Assembly: GCA_965215885.1 (NCBI GenBank)
Contig: CBDCEW010000101.1
Coordinates: 96,001-160,000, forward strand
DNA from: Candidatus Moanibacter sp.
GTDB taxonomy: Bacteria; Verrucomicrobiota; Verrucomicrobiia; Opitutales; UBA2987
DNA: 64,000 nt
Direction of reading: 5' to 3'
The notes below the pieces were generated by a model. It worked only from the letters and a program-made list of their open reading frames with translations. It was not told the origin of the DNA and searched no databases. Both the position numbers and the translations under genes were made by a program. Positions 1 to 10,075 of this stretch are shown in pieces (position 1 is the stretch's first letter; every line of letters starts with the position of its first letter).

Positions 1-817
1 TGAAAAAAGCAGAGGTGGTTCTGTGCGACCGCGGTTATTGCTCTTATGCCAATCTGGGGCTGCTTCTAAACCATCAAATGGACGCGGTCATGCGCCTGCA
101 CCAAAGGCGCAAATGCGACTTCCGTAGCGGCCAAACACTGGGCCGATACGATCGGCTGGTGACCTGGAAAAAACCGCAGAGACAGCACGGGTTCAGCCCG
201 GAAGAATGGGCTCAATTACCGGCCGAACTGACTCTGCGAATGGTGCGTTTCTTCGTTCAGATCAAAGGATTCCGTACCCGAAAGATCGATCTTGTGACCA
301 CCTTTACCGACCCCCTCCAATACACCGTAGAGGATCTGGCCGATCTCTACTTCCGCCGCTGGTCAGTGGAACTGTTTTTTCGCGACATTAAAACGACTAT
401 GAAGATGGAAACGGTACGCTGCCTTACTCCCGAAATGGTGCGTAAGGAAATCCAGCTGTTCTTTATCGCCTATAATCTCATCCGCGCCCTCATGCAACAC
501 GCCGCCACCCTCTATCAGCGTGACCTGCATCGGCTCAGCTTCAAGAGCACGGTCGACACCGTTCGGCAGTACTGCACCGCTCTGAACGCCACCCGCAAGC
601 AACCTCGAAAGCAACAACGCATCATTGACGAGATGGTTCTGATTATTGCCGAGGAGACTGTTCCACTACGAGAACACCGCAGCGAACCACGAGCGGTCAA
701 ACGAAGACCGAAACCTTACCAATTACTAACGAAGCCGCGAGGGAAAATGAAAGTCTCGCGCTCGCGCAGAAACAAAGGCAAAAATCGTCGTTAATCGGGC
801 TTATCTTAGCGCCATTC
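1..817 (+). mobile_element. IS4-family element, 3' part; transposase C-terminus (ORF 15..794), 5' end outside window
   Basis: DRGY motif and IS4 signature Y-x2-R-W-x2-E-x2-F-R-x2-K (LYFRRWSVELFFRDIK); EPRAVKRRPK tail; probable right end TTAGCGCCATTC at 806-817. Confidence 0.85.
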
Positions 818-841
818 GGGTCAGACATGGTATGGCGCTAA

Positions 842-2758
842 GACCCCATTCGAAAAGCCTTTCGAGCGGGCGGTTTAAGGTTCTCCGCCACGGGCGGACC
901 AGCCTATGGCTGGCAGGTTTCGGGTTTTAGGCTGCCGGCGCTGCCGATGAGCAGGTATTGAGCGGCCATCGGCGTGGCTTGCTGCACAATACGTATATTT
1001 GCCGCTGTCTGGAGGCATACTCATCCCGTGGTGCTTTTTTCTCTGAGCTTCAAAGCGGTCAGATTCAGGCTGCCTGTTCCAGTTCCTCCCCTCGGCGTTT
1101 CTTCATCAGTATGATGCGGCAGAAGTTGTAGGCCAGAACCTTCTCGAGCAGTTCATCGCCTACCGCATCGATGCCGCGGCGGCCGAGTTCGCCAAAGGCA
1201 AATCCATCTTTAATCGTGAACATCAGCGACTCCACTGCGGAGCGATCGCGGCGTGCCTCGCGATACGCCTCGCTCTCCCAGTCCTCGGGGGTGGTCAACT
1301 TCTTGCCCTTCGCCCCACTGATACTGATCTGCTTTACCCCCATGCTCAGCACCTCCTTGCGTCCCTTCGCCGAAGCATATCCGTCATCGGTGCTGACCAG
1401 TTCAGCAATGACACCGGTGCGCTTGATCGAATCGCCGATGGCCGGCGCCAGCTCAATGGAGTCTGCCGCGTTGCCTTGCGGTACGATCAGGCTGGTGACA
1501 AAACCGTTTTCGCTGCGAACCAGTTGTGGCTTGTACCCGATCACTGGATTGCGGCTGCCCTTCTTGATGTAGGCCGCCGATCCGTCCGAGAGGCTCAGGA
1601 CCTTCTGTGTGGACGGTAGCTTCTTTTCGTGAAACACCCGATCATGAGCATACTCAACAACCCGCTTGGCGTCGGCAATATCGCCCCTGATCTGGCTCAA
1701 TGCCCGCTCCAGAAGCTCCCGGCGAGTGGGAGGCAGTGAATCCATCGACAGGCCCTCTTCAAGATGGCTCAGTTCCCCCGTTAGTGAGTCGGCCGCCTTG
1801 CGGCCCCGCTTGAGCAACCGCCGGTAGTGTTTCTTCAGCTTGCCCTTCGACTTCGGTTTGCCCGCGGCCAGACAAATCTGAAACTCCAGCTTGTCCATTT
1901 CCTCCAGCCAACGCCCAACCCATCCCTTGCGAAAATCCTCCAGCCCGAAGACATGCAACTTCTGACCCAAACGATTGGCCCGCATCAAAAGACCGCTCAG
2001 AATCTTCCCATCGGTGGGCCAGCAGCTGTTTGCTTTCACCGAGGTGCTGTCGATCGTCAGCTTCCCGAAATCGTCCCATTGCTCCTGGAGGATAAACCCA
2101 ATCTGTTTATCAAAGATCAACTCGCGGGTCGTATGGCTGACCAGGTTCACGTTCTCCAGAATCGTCGTCACCGCCGGCATTCTTAGTCCCCCGCTCTGCA
2201 AAAATCCGTACAAGCTCATCGACTCGCGCACAAACCGCCGTGCCGGTTTCGTGGTCAACGAACCCAGAAACCCTCGAATCATCACGAACACGTATACCGC
2301 ATAAGCCGGCATCCGCGGCCGGCCTGCCCCAAGATTCAATTCAGCAGCCAGAATATTCTCCTCCTCGATGTCCAGCTCCGGCAGCTCCGCTGTGCGCCCT
2401 TCAAAGAACCTGCGATCTTCCAATCGAAGTTTCTTCTTCTCACGCGCATGGGCGTCCAGATCCTTCTCGATCGCCTCGATGATTTGCGCCGCGAACCCGG
2501 CCAATTCTTCAACTTCATCCAGAAAATCACGGAAATCCGTGTCTGGAACCGGCAGAATGAGGTTGCTAAGGGGCGTCTTATCGCTTTTGTTCTCCTCTGT
2601 CGCACATGTTGGCATGTTTAACTCCTTTATTAATCTTAAGTTGTTAAACACTAGCATGTTGCGACACTTTTTATCAAGCAACAAAATGATTTTTCTCAAG
2701 TTTTTCTTGCGCCTTTTGCGCCTCTTTGCGGCCAATCAGTAGCTTTTCGGATAAGGTC
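842..2758 (-). mobile_element. IS5-like/ISNCY insertion sequence, copy 1 (1917 bp)
   Basis: Imperfect 17-bp terminal inverted repeats GACCCCATTCGAAAAGC / GACCTTATCCGAAAAGC; near-identical to 10397..12313; flanks do not form a target duplication. Confidence 0.9.
1065..2615 (-). CDS. DDE transposase (IS5-like/ISNCY)
   Basis: IDSTSVKANSCWPTD, DDGY and RSAVES motifs; likely start MPTCAT after a GGAG RBS (the ORF track extends to 2735). Confidence 0.85.
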   Translation of the reverse strand: MPTCATEENKSDKTPLSNLILPVPDTDFRDFLDEVEELAGFAAQIIEAIEKDLDAHAREKKKLRLEDRRFFEGRTAELPELDIEEENILAAELNLGAGRPRMPAYAVYVFVMIRGFLGSLTTKPARRFVRESMSLYGFLQSGGLRMPAVTTILENVNLVSHTTRELIFDKQIGFILQEQWDDFGKLTIDSTSVKANSCWPTDGKILSGLLMRANRLGQKLHVFGLEDFRKGWVGRWLEEMDKLEFQICLAAGKPKSKGKLKKHYRRLLKRGRKAADSLTGELSHLEEGLSMDSLPPTRRELLERALSQIRGDIADAKRVVEYAHDRVFHEKKLPSTQKVLSLSDGSAAYIKKGSRNPVIGYKPQLVRSENGFVTSLIVPQGNAADSIELAPAIGDSIKRTGVIAELVSTDDGYASAKGRKEVLSMGVKQISISGAKGKKLTTPEDWESEAYREARRDRSAVESLMFTIKDGFAFGELGRRGIDAVGDELLEKVLAYNFCRIILMKKRRGEELEQAA

Positions 2759-3076
2759 TAGGTATCAGATGTGGCCTCCGCTGAATGTTTTTTCTCTTTT
2801 ACTTCCTATTCGGCGCTCACCACTTAGGGCTGGACTGTAGCAAGCCCTTGACCTCCATAGCAAGCAAAGCTTAGGACGATCCGCGCGCTGGCGCGCACGG
2901 ATTGCGGCGCTCTCTTCGTTCCGCGGCCTTGCCCCGCCGTTGCGCGCAGCTCGACGAGAGATCAAGGCCCCTGCTCTTCGAGGGAATCTTGACATCAACC
3001 TAATTCGGACATTAGAAAATCATGGATGCTTGAGTTCGTTTGCAGACGAATAGGCAATTACTTCGGATTGATGTAC

Positions 3077-3094
3077 TAAGTACTCGAGTACTAA
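3077..3094. repeat. Collapsed MITE remnant TAA-GTACTCGAGTAC-TAA
   Basis: Matches the two outer ends and TAA flanks of the MITE at 9797..10075, fused at the CTCGAG palindrome. Confidence 0.65.
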
Positions 3095-3124
3095 GGCTGC
3101 TTCTTTCAATAATTCCCACGACCG

Positions 3125-3856
3125 ATGTCTGCTTTGCCGCGACAAAAGCCGGCCTTCTCGACGACCCGCTGGAGCCTCGTGCTGGCGTTGCGCGAAGAAT
3201 CGTCGAAGGAAGCAGACGAAGCTTTGGCTGAGCTTTGCCGCTGCTACTGGTTTCCTCTCTACGCTTACGTGCGCAGGCGGGGTTGTTCTCCTGAAGATGC
3301 CGAAGACGATGTGCAGGGGTTCATTGCCGAGTTTCTGACCAAGAGATACTTTGCCCGTGCCGACCCGCAACGCGGCCGCTTTCGCACCTTTCTCCTTTCT
3401 TCCATGAGCCATTACCTGAGCAAAGGGACGAGGAACTCGAGGAGGTTAAAACGTGGCGGGGGCCTCACAGCGATTTCATGGGATCGGCAAACGGCGGAAG
3501 ACCGCTATCAGCTCGAGCCGGTGGATGAGGATACGCCGGAGTCTGTATACGACCGGCAATGCGCCCGTTTGCTCATGGATGGGGTCCTCAAGAAACTGCA
3601 AACGGAATTCCAGGCACAGGGCAAATCGGAAACTTTCGAAGCCCTCTCCCAATTCTTATGGGGAGAATCAAGCCGAACGGCGTATAAGGACATCGCAAGT
3701 CAGATGAAGATGAGCGTGGGTGCCGTTACGGTGGCGGTTCATCGCCTGCGTCACAGATTTCGAAATCTGCTGCGTAACGAACTGGCAGAGACGGTCGCCG
3801 ATCCCAACGAAGTGGACGACGAGCTCCGGCACTTGATCTCAGTGGTGCGCCAATAA
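3125..3856 (+). CDS. ECF-type sigma-70 factor (kinase-associated)
   Basis: FSTTRWSLV N-terminus, region 2 YWFPLYAYVRRRG..DAED, GRFRTFL, region 4 YKDIASQMKMSVGAVTVAVHRLR. Confidence 0.9.
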   Translation: MSALPRQKPAFSTTRWSLVLALREESSKEADEALAELCRCYWFPLYAYVRRRGCSPEDAEDDVQGFIAEFLTKRYFARADPQRGRFRTFLLSSMSHYLSKGTRNSRRLKRGGGLTAISWDRQTAEDRYQLEPVDEDTPESVYDRQCARLLMDGVLKKLQTEFQAQGKSETFEALSQFLWGESSRTAYKDIASQMKMSVGAVTVAVHRLRHRFRNLLRNELAETVADPNEVDDELRHLISVVRQ

Positions 3857-3877
3857 CCGAATTCCATCGAACATCCT

Positions 3878-6265
3878 ATGACGATGTGCCCACAATGCGG
3901 CAGCGCGATGATTCGTTCTGTAACGGCGGCTCCGCTTTGCCCGAGTTGTGTGCTCGAGGAGGGTCTGGCCGAATCGGTTGATAGCGTGCTCCCCGGTACC
4001 GTGATTGAGCATTTTGAGGTGAAAGGGAGGATCGGCCGGGGAGGGATGGGCGAAGTCTACCTCGCCCGCGATACCAGGCTCGATCGCCTCGTAGCGCTCA
4101 AGTTTCTTCCCCTTGAGCTCCAGACCGACTCAAAAGCGCGAGCGCGCTTCCTCCGCGAAGCCAAAACGGCGGCGAACCTGAATCACTCGTTTATCTGCAA
4201 GATCCACGACATCGGAGAGGTCGGCGGTGCGAGCTTTATCAGCATGGAGTATGTCGAGGGCGAGACGCTTGAGGCCCGCATTGCCAGGGGAGCCATACCG
4301 GTTGACGAAACGGTTCACATTGCCACCGAAATCGCGGATGCGCTATCGGAAGCCCATGAACGCGGTATCGTTCATCGTGACATCAAGCCCGCCAATATCA
4401 TGCTCACCCGCGTCGGGCACGTGAAGGTAATGGATCTGGGGCTGGCCAAGTCGACTATCGGAAGGGGTCCATCAGGCCCAGAGGGAACGACCATCAGCGC
4501 GCTCACGGCCACCCATACCGTTGTCGGTTCGCTCCCCTATCTCTCGCCGGAACAGGCGCGGGGCGAGGAAGTCGATCCACGTTCCGATATTTTTTCACTG
4601 GGATGCGTCCTCTATGAGATGTTTACCGGGAGGCGTCCGTTCGACGGAACAACCCCCGGTTTGCTCTTCGATCAGATCCTGAATCGCGACCCGGTTCCTC
4701 TCTGGGAACACAATGCCGCTATCCCTGAAGATCTCCACACCATAACTTCGAAGGCGTTGGAGAAGGATCGCGAGCTTCGCTATCAGAGCTTTGACGAACT
4801 TAGGAGCGATCTGGGCGCTTTAGACCTGGAAGGATCCGATTACATGGGAAACGCTCGTTGGCGAACCCTGCCAAAGCGGTTGCAATCTCTAACAAGGCCT
4901 CGCATTGCCGCCGCAGCCGCCATCGTATTAGCGCTCGCCGCGGCTTTTGTCTATTGGAATGTCCTGGCTCCACGGCAGGAATCCGGAGAGGCAAGAGAAC
5001 AAGACAAATCGGATAATTCCACTATCGCGGAGGAAGCTTTGGAAGTGGCGAGTGCACCCACGCAGAATGCCGAAGCCTATGACTTCTTCCGCCGCGGGCG
5101 CATCTACGAACAGCGCGCCGGTTGGAAGCCTGAAGATCGCAAAAACGCGCAGCGCATGTTTGAAAAGGCTCTTACCCTCGATCCGCGGTTCGCTCAAGCA
5201 AGAGCCAGGCTGGCCATAGTGGCGCGGGATCCCGAGGAGGCGAAACACGCGCTCAGGCTGGATCCGAATTTACCCGAGGGCCACCTCGCTTTGGCGGTGT
5301 GCCATATTCTCTATAAGGACTTTGAAAGTGCCCTGCGCGAGCTGGATCTGGCCGAAAAGGGTCTTCCCGATAGCGGTGAGATCGCATTCCGGCGAGCTGA
5401 AGTAGCAATGAGGCAGGCCGACTGGGAAGCGCAGCTACGTCACTCAGAAAAGGCGGTTGAACTGGAACCGAGAAACCCGGTATACCTCTACCGTTTAGGC
5501 AAGTCTTTGCGAAGGTTTAATCGTTACCGGGAGGCGATCGCGTATTACGACCGCGCCCTTGAACTCGCTCCGGAGTTCGAAGAAGCTAGGTTTCACCGGG
5601 CCTATGTCCACCTGCTGGGATTTGGCGATCCGCAGCCACTCAGAAAGTATCTTTCGGAACTCCCTCCGCACAAGACACGAGCCGGCGGACTTTCCCCAAA
5701 CGAGATCCTCTTTCTCAAATGGTCTGTTGAGTACAATAGTGGTGATTATCCAGCCGCTCTGACCGTACTCGCTGAAACCGATGAGGAAACGTTCACTATG
5801 AGCCGGTACAAACACAATCGGTGGCACCTGGAAGGAATGACTTTATACAGAATGAGTGGAATCGACTCGGCCCGCACAGCCCTGGAAACAGCCCGTTCTG
5901 AGTACCAAAAGCGATTGAAAAGCCGTCCCAACGACATTACGGTCACGGCACTTCTCGGAGTCGTCGTGGCGGCGCTCGGTGAAAAGGATCGGGCCATTGA
6001 AATCGGTAACCGCGTCATGGAACTGTGCCGAGGCCCTGAACGGGAAAGAGCTTTGATGGAGGGTGCTCTGAGACATCTAGCGCGCATCTACACCCTGATC
6101 GGGGAGTACGAGCAGGCCTTCGATTACCTCGATCGATTGCTAGATTTTGGAACTGTTACCTCCCTGGGCAATTTTCGCAACAACCCCGCCTTTGAGGAGC
6201 TCCGTCGCCACCCCAGATGGAACGATTTTGAAAAGAAACATGCCTTCGGAGAGCTGGCTCGGTGA
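3878..6265 (+). CDS. Ser/Thr protein kinase with N-terminal CxxC..CxxC motif, TM helix and C-terminal TPR repeats
   Basis: GRGGMGEVY, VALK, HRDIKPAN, DLGLAK and SPEQ motifs; hydrophobic IAAAAAIVLALAAAFVYW; TPR-like helices. Confidence 0.95.
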   Translation: MTMCPQCGSAMIRSVTAAPLCPSCVLEEGLAESVDSVLPGTVIEHFEVKGRIGRGGMGEVYLARDTRLDRLVALKFLPLELQTDSKARARFLREAKTAANLNHSFICKIHDIGEVGGASFISMEYVEGETLEARIARGAIPVDETVHIATEIADALSEAHERGIVHRDIKPANIMLTRVGHVKVMDLGLAKSTIGRGPSGPEGTTISALTATHTVVGSLPYLSPEQARGEEVDPRSDIFSLGCVLYEMFTGRRPFDGTTPGLLFDQILNRDPVPLWEHNAAIPEDLHTITSKALEKDRELRYQSFDELRSDLGALDLEGSDYMGNARWRTLPKRLQSLTRPRIAAAAAIVLALAAAFVYWNVLAPRQESGEAREQDKSDNSTIAEEALEVASAPTQNAEAYDFFRRGRIYEQRAGWKPEDRKNAQRMFEKALTLDPRFAQARARLAIVARDPEEAKHALRLDPNLPEGHLALAVCHILYKDFESALRELDLAEKGLPDSGEIAFRRAEVAMRQADWEAQLRHSEKAVELEPRNPVYLYRLGKSLRRFNRYREAIAYYDRALELAPEFEEARFHRAYVHLLGFGDPQPLRKYLSELPPHKTRAGGLSPNEILFLKWSVEYNSGDYPAALTVLAETDEETFTMSRYKHNRWHLEGMTLYRMSGIDSARTALETARSEYQKRLKSRPNDITVTALLGVVVAALGEKDRAIEIGNRVMELCRGPERERALMEGALRHLARIYTLIGEYEQAFDYLDRLLDFGTVTSLGNFRNNPAFEELRRHPRWNDFEKKHAFGELAR

Positions 6266-6395
6266 TGAATTGCGGAATCTTGTCGTGTGAGATACGTGAT
6301 GCCCTTCGACAGGCTCAGGGTCTGCGCTACGCTCCGACGGGATGCCCTTCGACTTGGTCAGGACTTTCGGCGGGATATTCGAAGGAGAGCATGGT

Positions 6396-6476
6396 GTAGC
6401 CGCGGCCGCTAAGGACGCGGACCGACGGGCCCGCAACACTGTTCCGATCCACCGCGTCCTTGGCGGCCGCGGCTAC
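6396..6476. repeat. GTAG-type REP doublet hairpin
   Basis: GTAGCCGCGGCCGCTAAGGACGCGG and its reverse complement (1 mismatch over 25 bp). Confidence 0.75.
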
Positions 6477-6549
6477 GCTATCGGCTGATACACCCTTTCA
6501 ATTAGAAACCCTAGTCGGGCTGCTGCGTGGACATCGGTTGCTACCCTCA

Positions 6550-6830
6550 CTAGATCTTGATCGTAGTCATGATCGCGAACTAAAATCGGAAGAAGGGAAG
6601 ATCGACTGGAGATCACGATTGAGAGGCACGATGGGAGTGAGGAGAACACGTTAGATCTTCCCTTCGTGATCCTTGGAGCGCAGCGATCTTTATCGAACCA
6701 TCTATCCGAGAAATCACTCCTACCACTCTCTGATTCACTTTGATCGAGCGTCAACTTTGTATTTTGGCCTGTTTAGAGGACGATTACGAGGACGAGAACG
6801 ATTGGATCGCTGGGTCGCGCGAGAACGCAG
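6550..6830. repeat. 6-bp-periodic TCG/CGA palindromic repeat family (AGATCACGAT core)
   Basis: CTAAAATCGGAAGAAGGGAAGATCGACTGGAGATCACGAT resembles 22960-23130 and the reverse complement of 52280-52360. Confidence 0.65.
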
Positions 6831-6977
6831 CAAGTTTCATTCCGCCGTACGGCAGAGTTTGATCCGGCAAGGGTCAACGCGCCGGAGCCCGGACTGACCT
6901 GAACTATCAAACCCCGGATACAGGCTTGGCTGATTTCCAGTGTTGACACAAGAGGATGGTATTAATTTAATACCACT

Positions 6978-7208
6978 ATGAAAGCGATACACGTCCGTAA
7001 CGTTGATCCCGGAACTCTGGCTAGTCTGAAACGTCTGGCACGGAGCCACAACCGTTCACTACAGGGCGAACTGCACGCCATTCTGGAAAGGGCTGCTCGG
7101 ATGGCGGCGCCGGCAGGCCGAAGCAGGCAATTGAGACTGATTACGGTGAACACAGGCGGCAAGTCGAGGTGGCGGCGAGAGGAGATCTATGGATCTGAAG
7201 GCCGGTGA
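6978..7208 (+). CDS. FitA-like ribbon-helix-helix antitoxin
   Basis: MKAIHVRNVD..LKRLARSHNRSLQGELHAIL; overlaps the downstream PIN gene. Confidence 0.8.
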   Translation: MKAIHVRNVDPGTLASLKRLARSHNRSLQGELHAILERAARMAAPAGRSRQLRLITVNTGGKSRWRREEIYGSEGR

Positions 7209-7674
7209 CATTCTGTTTCTGGATACGAATATCCTTCTCACGGCAACGGACGAGAGCCGGGCGCAGCATTCAGAGGCGCAATTAGTGATAAGCACGGCCT
7301 CGGAGAACGGCATTCACCTTGCTCTGAACGGTCAAATTGTGCGCGAGTATCTCGTCGTGGCCACCCGTAGGCTGGACGTCAATGGACTTGGGTTGAGCAC
7401 CGCCGACGCTCTTGGGAATGTCGAGGAATTCCTGGGACACACCGTGTTTTATGAGGAAACAGAGGAAGTCGCTCTCAGGCTACGCGAATTGGTTCAAGAG
7501 GTTGAATTGACGGGGAAACGCATTCATGACGCCAATATTGCAGCGACCATGTTGTCGTACGGCGTGGCGGAAATCCTTACGCAGAATCGGGAAGATTTCG
7601 AAGGCATCCCGGGCATACGACCGGTAAGTCTCTCCGAGGTCTCTCGCGCGTTCGCCGACAGCGAGGAAAACTAA
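7189..7674 (+). CDS. PIN-domain (VapC-like) toxin
   Basis: FLDTNIL, E, IHDANIAATM and TQNREDF PIN motifs. Confidence 0.9.
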   Translation: MDLKAGDILFLDTNILLTATDESRAQHSEAQLVISTASENGIHLALNGQIVREYLVVATRRLDVNGLGLSTADALGNVEEFLGHTVFYEETEEVALRLRELVQEVELTGKRIHDANIAATMLSYGVAEILTQNREDFEGIPGIRPVSLSEVSRAFADSEEN

Positions 7675-7800
7675 GACAGTATCGCGGCACGAGCAGGTAC
7701 AACATATATCTGCCCCCTTTCTTAATCCCTAGGATGGACCTCTTGAGTTGAAGATTGGGAATTTCGGGTTTCGGGGGGATCGGGTTTCCCAGGTGACGTC

Positions 7801-8483
7801 TTTGTCGTAAGCTTCGTCGTAAACTTTGTCGAACCTCCCTAAGCCCGAGTGAAGCTCTTTCCAGCGGCCAAGGAAACACGTGGTGGCGAGTAGAATCGAC
7901 GAAGTTCACGACTAAGCTTACGATTAAGTTTGGGGAGGCTTTTAACCCGTGAGGGAATCTTCGTCGTAAACTTTGTCGAATCTCCCCTAAGCCGGAGTGA
8001 AGCTCTTTCCGGCGGCCCAGGAAACACGTGGTGGCGAGTAGAATCGACGAAGTTCACGACTAAGCTTACGACGAAGTTTTGGAGAAACTTTTCACCCGTG
8101 AGGGAACCTTTGTCGCGAGCTTTGTCGCCGTATTAGGTCCCACTCTCGATCAAGTTCACGACGAAGCTTACGATTAAGTTTTGGAAGGGCTCTTCTCCCC
8201 GTGAGGGATCCTTTGTCGCGAGCTTCGTCGTAAGCTTTGTCGCCGTATTCCGTCCTCTCTCGACCAAGCTTACGACGAAGTTTTGGAGGAGCTTTTCACC
8301 CCGTGAGGGAACCATAGTCGCGAGCTTCGTCGTCAACTTTGTCGAATCTCCCCTCAGCCGGAGTGAAACTCTTTCCGGCGCCAAAGGAGCAAGTAGGAGG
8401 CACGAAGAATCGTCCAAGCTCACGACTAAGCTTACGACAAAGTTTTGGGAAGCTTTTAACCCGTGAGGGAACCTCTGTCGCGA
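7801..8483. repeat. Array of about 5 hairpin units with 12-bp-periodic arms, separated by CCCGTGAGGGA
   Basis: Arms TCGTAAGCTTCGTCGTAAACTTTGTCG / CGACGAAGTTCACGACTAAGCTTACGA; CCCGTGAGGGA recurs near 7946, 8095, 8198, 8300 and 8460. Confidence 0.9.
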
Positions 8484-8700
8484 GTCCCGCTGAGCGGTAC
8501 GTCAACTCTGGCGAACCTCGTACTCTCATCACCCCCTCCCCCCGGCGCGTCGAAGACGCGCCTTTATTTTTCCGGCGAATCTGCCGGTTAAATCTCGCCG
8601 GAAAAAATCCCGTAAGGGTAGCCGCAAAACGGGTTAGAAACCTTGAAAGCCCATCGTCCGGGCTTAACGCGAATCCGATTGAAGAAAACCCAGGAAGCGA

Positions 8701-9435
8701 ATGTCTCAATTCGACCGAGAAATGAAAGCGATGCGGAGCTCGTGGAAGAGCTATGCAGGATCCATGTTGCTTACCTTCCTGATCTTCTTCCTCATTGCAT
8801 CGGCCCAACTCGGATTAGTTCTCGATCGCCCGGAAGCGAAAACGGAATTGATGGATCTCTATCAACCTCCACCACCTCCAGCACCACCACCACCTCCACC
8901 GCCCGCCGTGACCAGACCGGCGCGCTCCCTCGTTTCGAAAAATCCGGCCACATTCGATCTCCAATTCCCGGATGAGATGGACTCCGTGGAAAAGGATCCG
9001 ATCGAGCATTTGCCCTTGGAATTTCTCGATCTAACCTTCGGATCGGAAATGGAGCCCGAGATCTACATTGACTTTGATCTCCGATCGCAACTCCGAGCTG
9101 TTAAACCCAACCTAATGGACAGGCTGATCGTCTACGACCCCGATCAGGTCGATGAGAATCCTGTCCGGCTGCATGCTCCGAACTTATATATCTCTCCGAA
9201 ATTACTGAAAGAAAGAGCCGAACTCCTCGTCCTCTATCGTGTTACGAAAAAAGGACGAACGGAGGACATTCACGTCCTTGAATCAACCAACGAGGAGATC
9301 AACAAGCTCGCTCTTAATATCATCAGCGGTTCCCGATTTCGACCCGCTCGCAAAAATGGAAATCCAGTCAACATATGGGTCCAACAGGAGATGATTTTTA
9401 AGAAAAAAAGGCGCACCGATCCATTTGGGATCTAG
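8701..9435 (+). CDS. TonB-family energy transducer
   Basis: N-terminal TM helix, poly-Pro linker, C-terminal VTKKG..FRPARKNGNPV. Confidence 0.8.
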   Translation: MSQFDREMKAMRSSWKSYAGSMLLTFLIFFLIASAQLGLVLDRPEAKTELMDLYQPPPPPAPPPPPPPAVTRPARSLVSKNPATFDLQFPDEMDSVEKDPIEHLPLEFLDLTFGSEMEPEIYIDFDLRSQLRAVKPNLMDRLIVYDPDQVDENPVRLHAPNLYISPKLLKERAELLVLYRVTKKGRTEDIHVLESTNEEINKLALNIISGSRFRPARKNGNPVNIWVQQEMIFKKKRRTDPFGI

Positions 9436-9497
9436 TCCCGGCGAGCCGGGATCGGACTTATTCGAACTGTTTTCATTCCCGGCTTGCCGGGACTAGA
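9431..9497. repeat. Inverted-repeat element/possible terminator overlapping the TonB stop codon
   Basis: TCTAGTCCCGGCGAGCCGGGA ... TCCCGGCTTGCCGGGACTAGA. Confidence 0.6.
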
Positions 9498-9796
9498 AAC
9501 AAGAAAATGAAACTGAGATTTGTGGGAAAGTGGACGAATTGTTGCACAGTGTTTTCGTTATGGGCCATTTTGACACGATCAACCCGAGAGCCACAATCGT
9601 TCATCATCAGATTCGTAGTCGAGGATGGAATAGATATGACAATATGCCTCAAATCTCAGGTTCATTTTCTTCAAAGGAATCTGTCGGTCTCATCTGGATC
9701 GAAACATCGATCTGTCATCATGAAATCTGCACCAAAAGGGTGTTAGAAATTCTAAGTCCGACAGATTCCCAGGAAAACGCAGACTTCTCAGACTAA

Positions 9797-10075
9797 GTAC
9801 TCGAGTTCGTAAATACGGTGATGTATGTCCCGGCATGCCGGGACTGGGGGGGTAGTGCAAGGCGCGCCCACGATGGACAGCCGGGAAGCGCTTTCCTCGT
9901 CGGCGCAACGCTGCAATACCCCCGGTGCCGCCCCATCCCTATGGGACCGGGCGCTTTTGGCGCTGGGCAGCGTTGGTCGAGTCGAGCAAGGGCTCCTGCC
10001 TGGAACGACTCGACCGCCTCCCCCAGCATCCAAAATCGCCTCGGCATACATCACCGTATTTACGAACTCGAGTAC
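9797..10075. mobile_element. MITE, 279 bp, 31-bp perfect TIRs, TAA direct repeats
   Basis: GTACTCGAGTTCGTAAATACGGTGATGTATG (9797-9827) and its exact reverse complement (10045-10075); TAA on both sides; no credible ORF. Confidence 0.9.

Noticed and set aside
2759..3015. Possible remnant end of another mobile element or structured RNA (ends ..CTAATTCGGACATTAG)
   Set aside because: No partner end, ORF or recognisable RNA family could be supported from the sequence.
7801..8483. CRISPR array
   Set aside because: Repeats are degenerate and inverted, spacers are homologous to each other and vary widely in length, and no cas genes are present.
7577..8808. Short ORFs with STKFTTKL / FVVNFVE peptides (also near 26842, 33031, 34301)
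   Set aside because: They are translations of the 12-bp repeat on both strands, with no sign of real coding.
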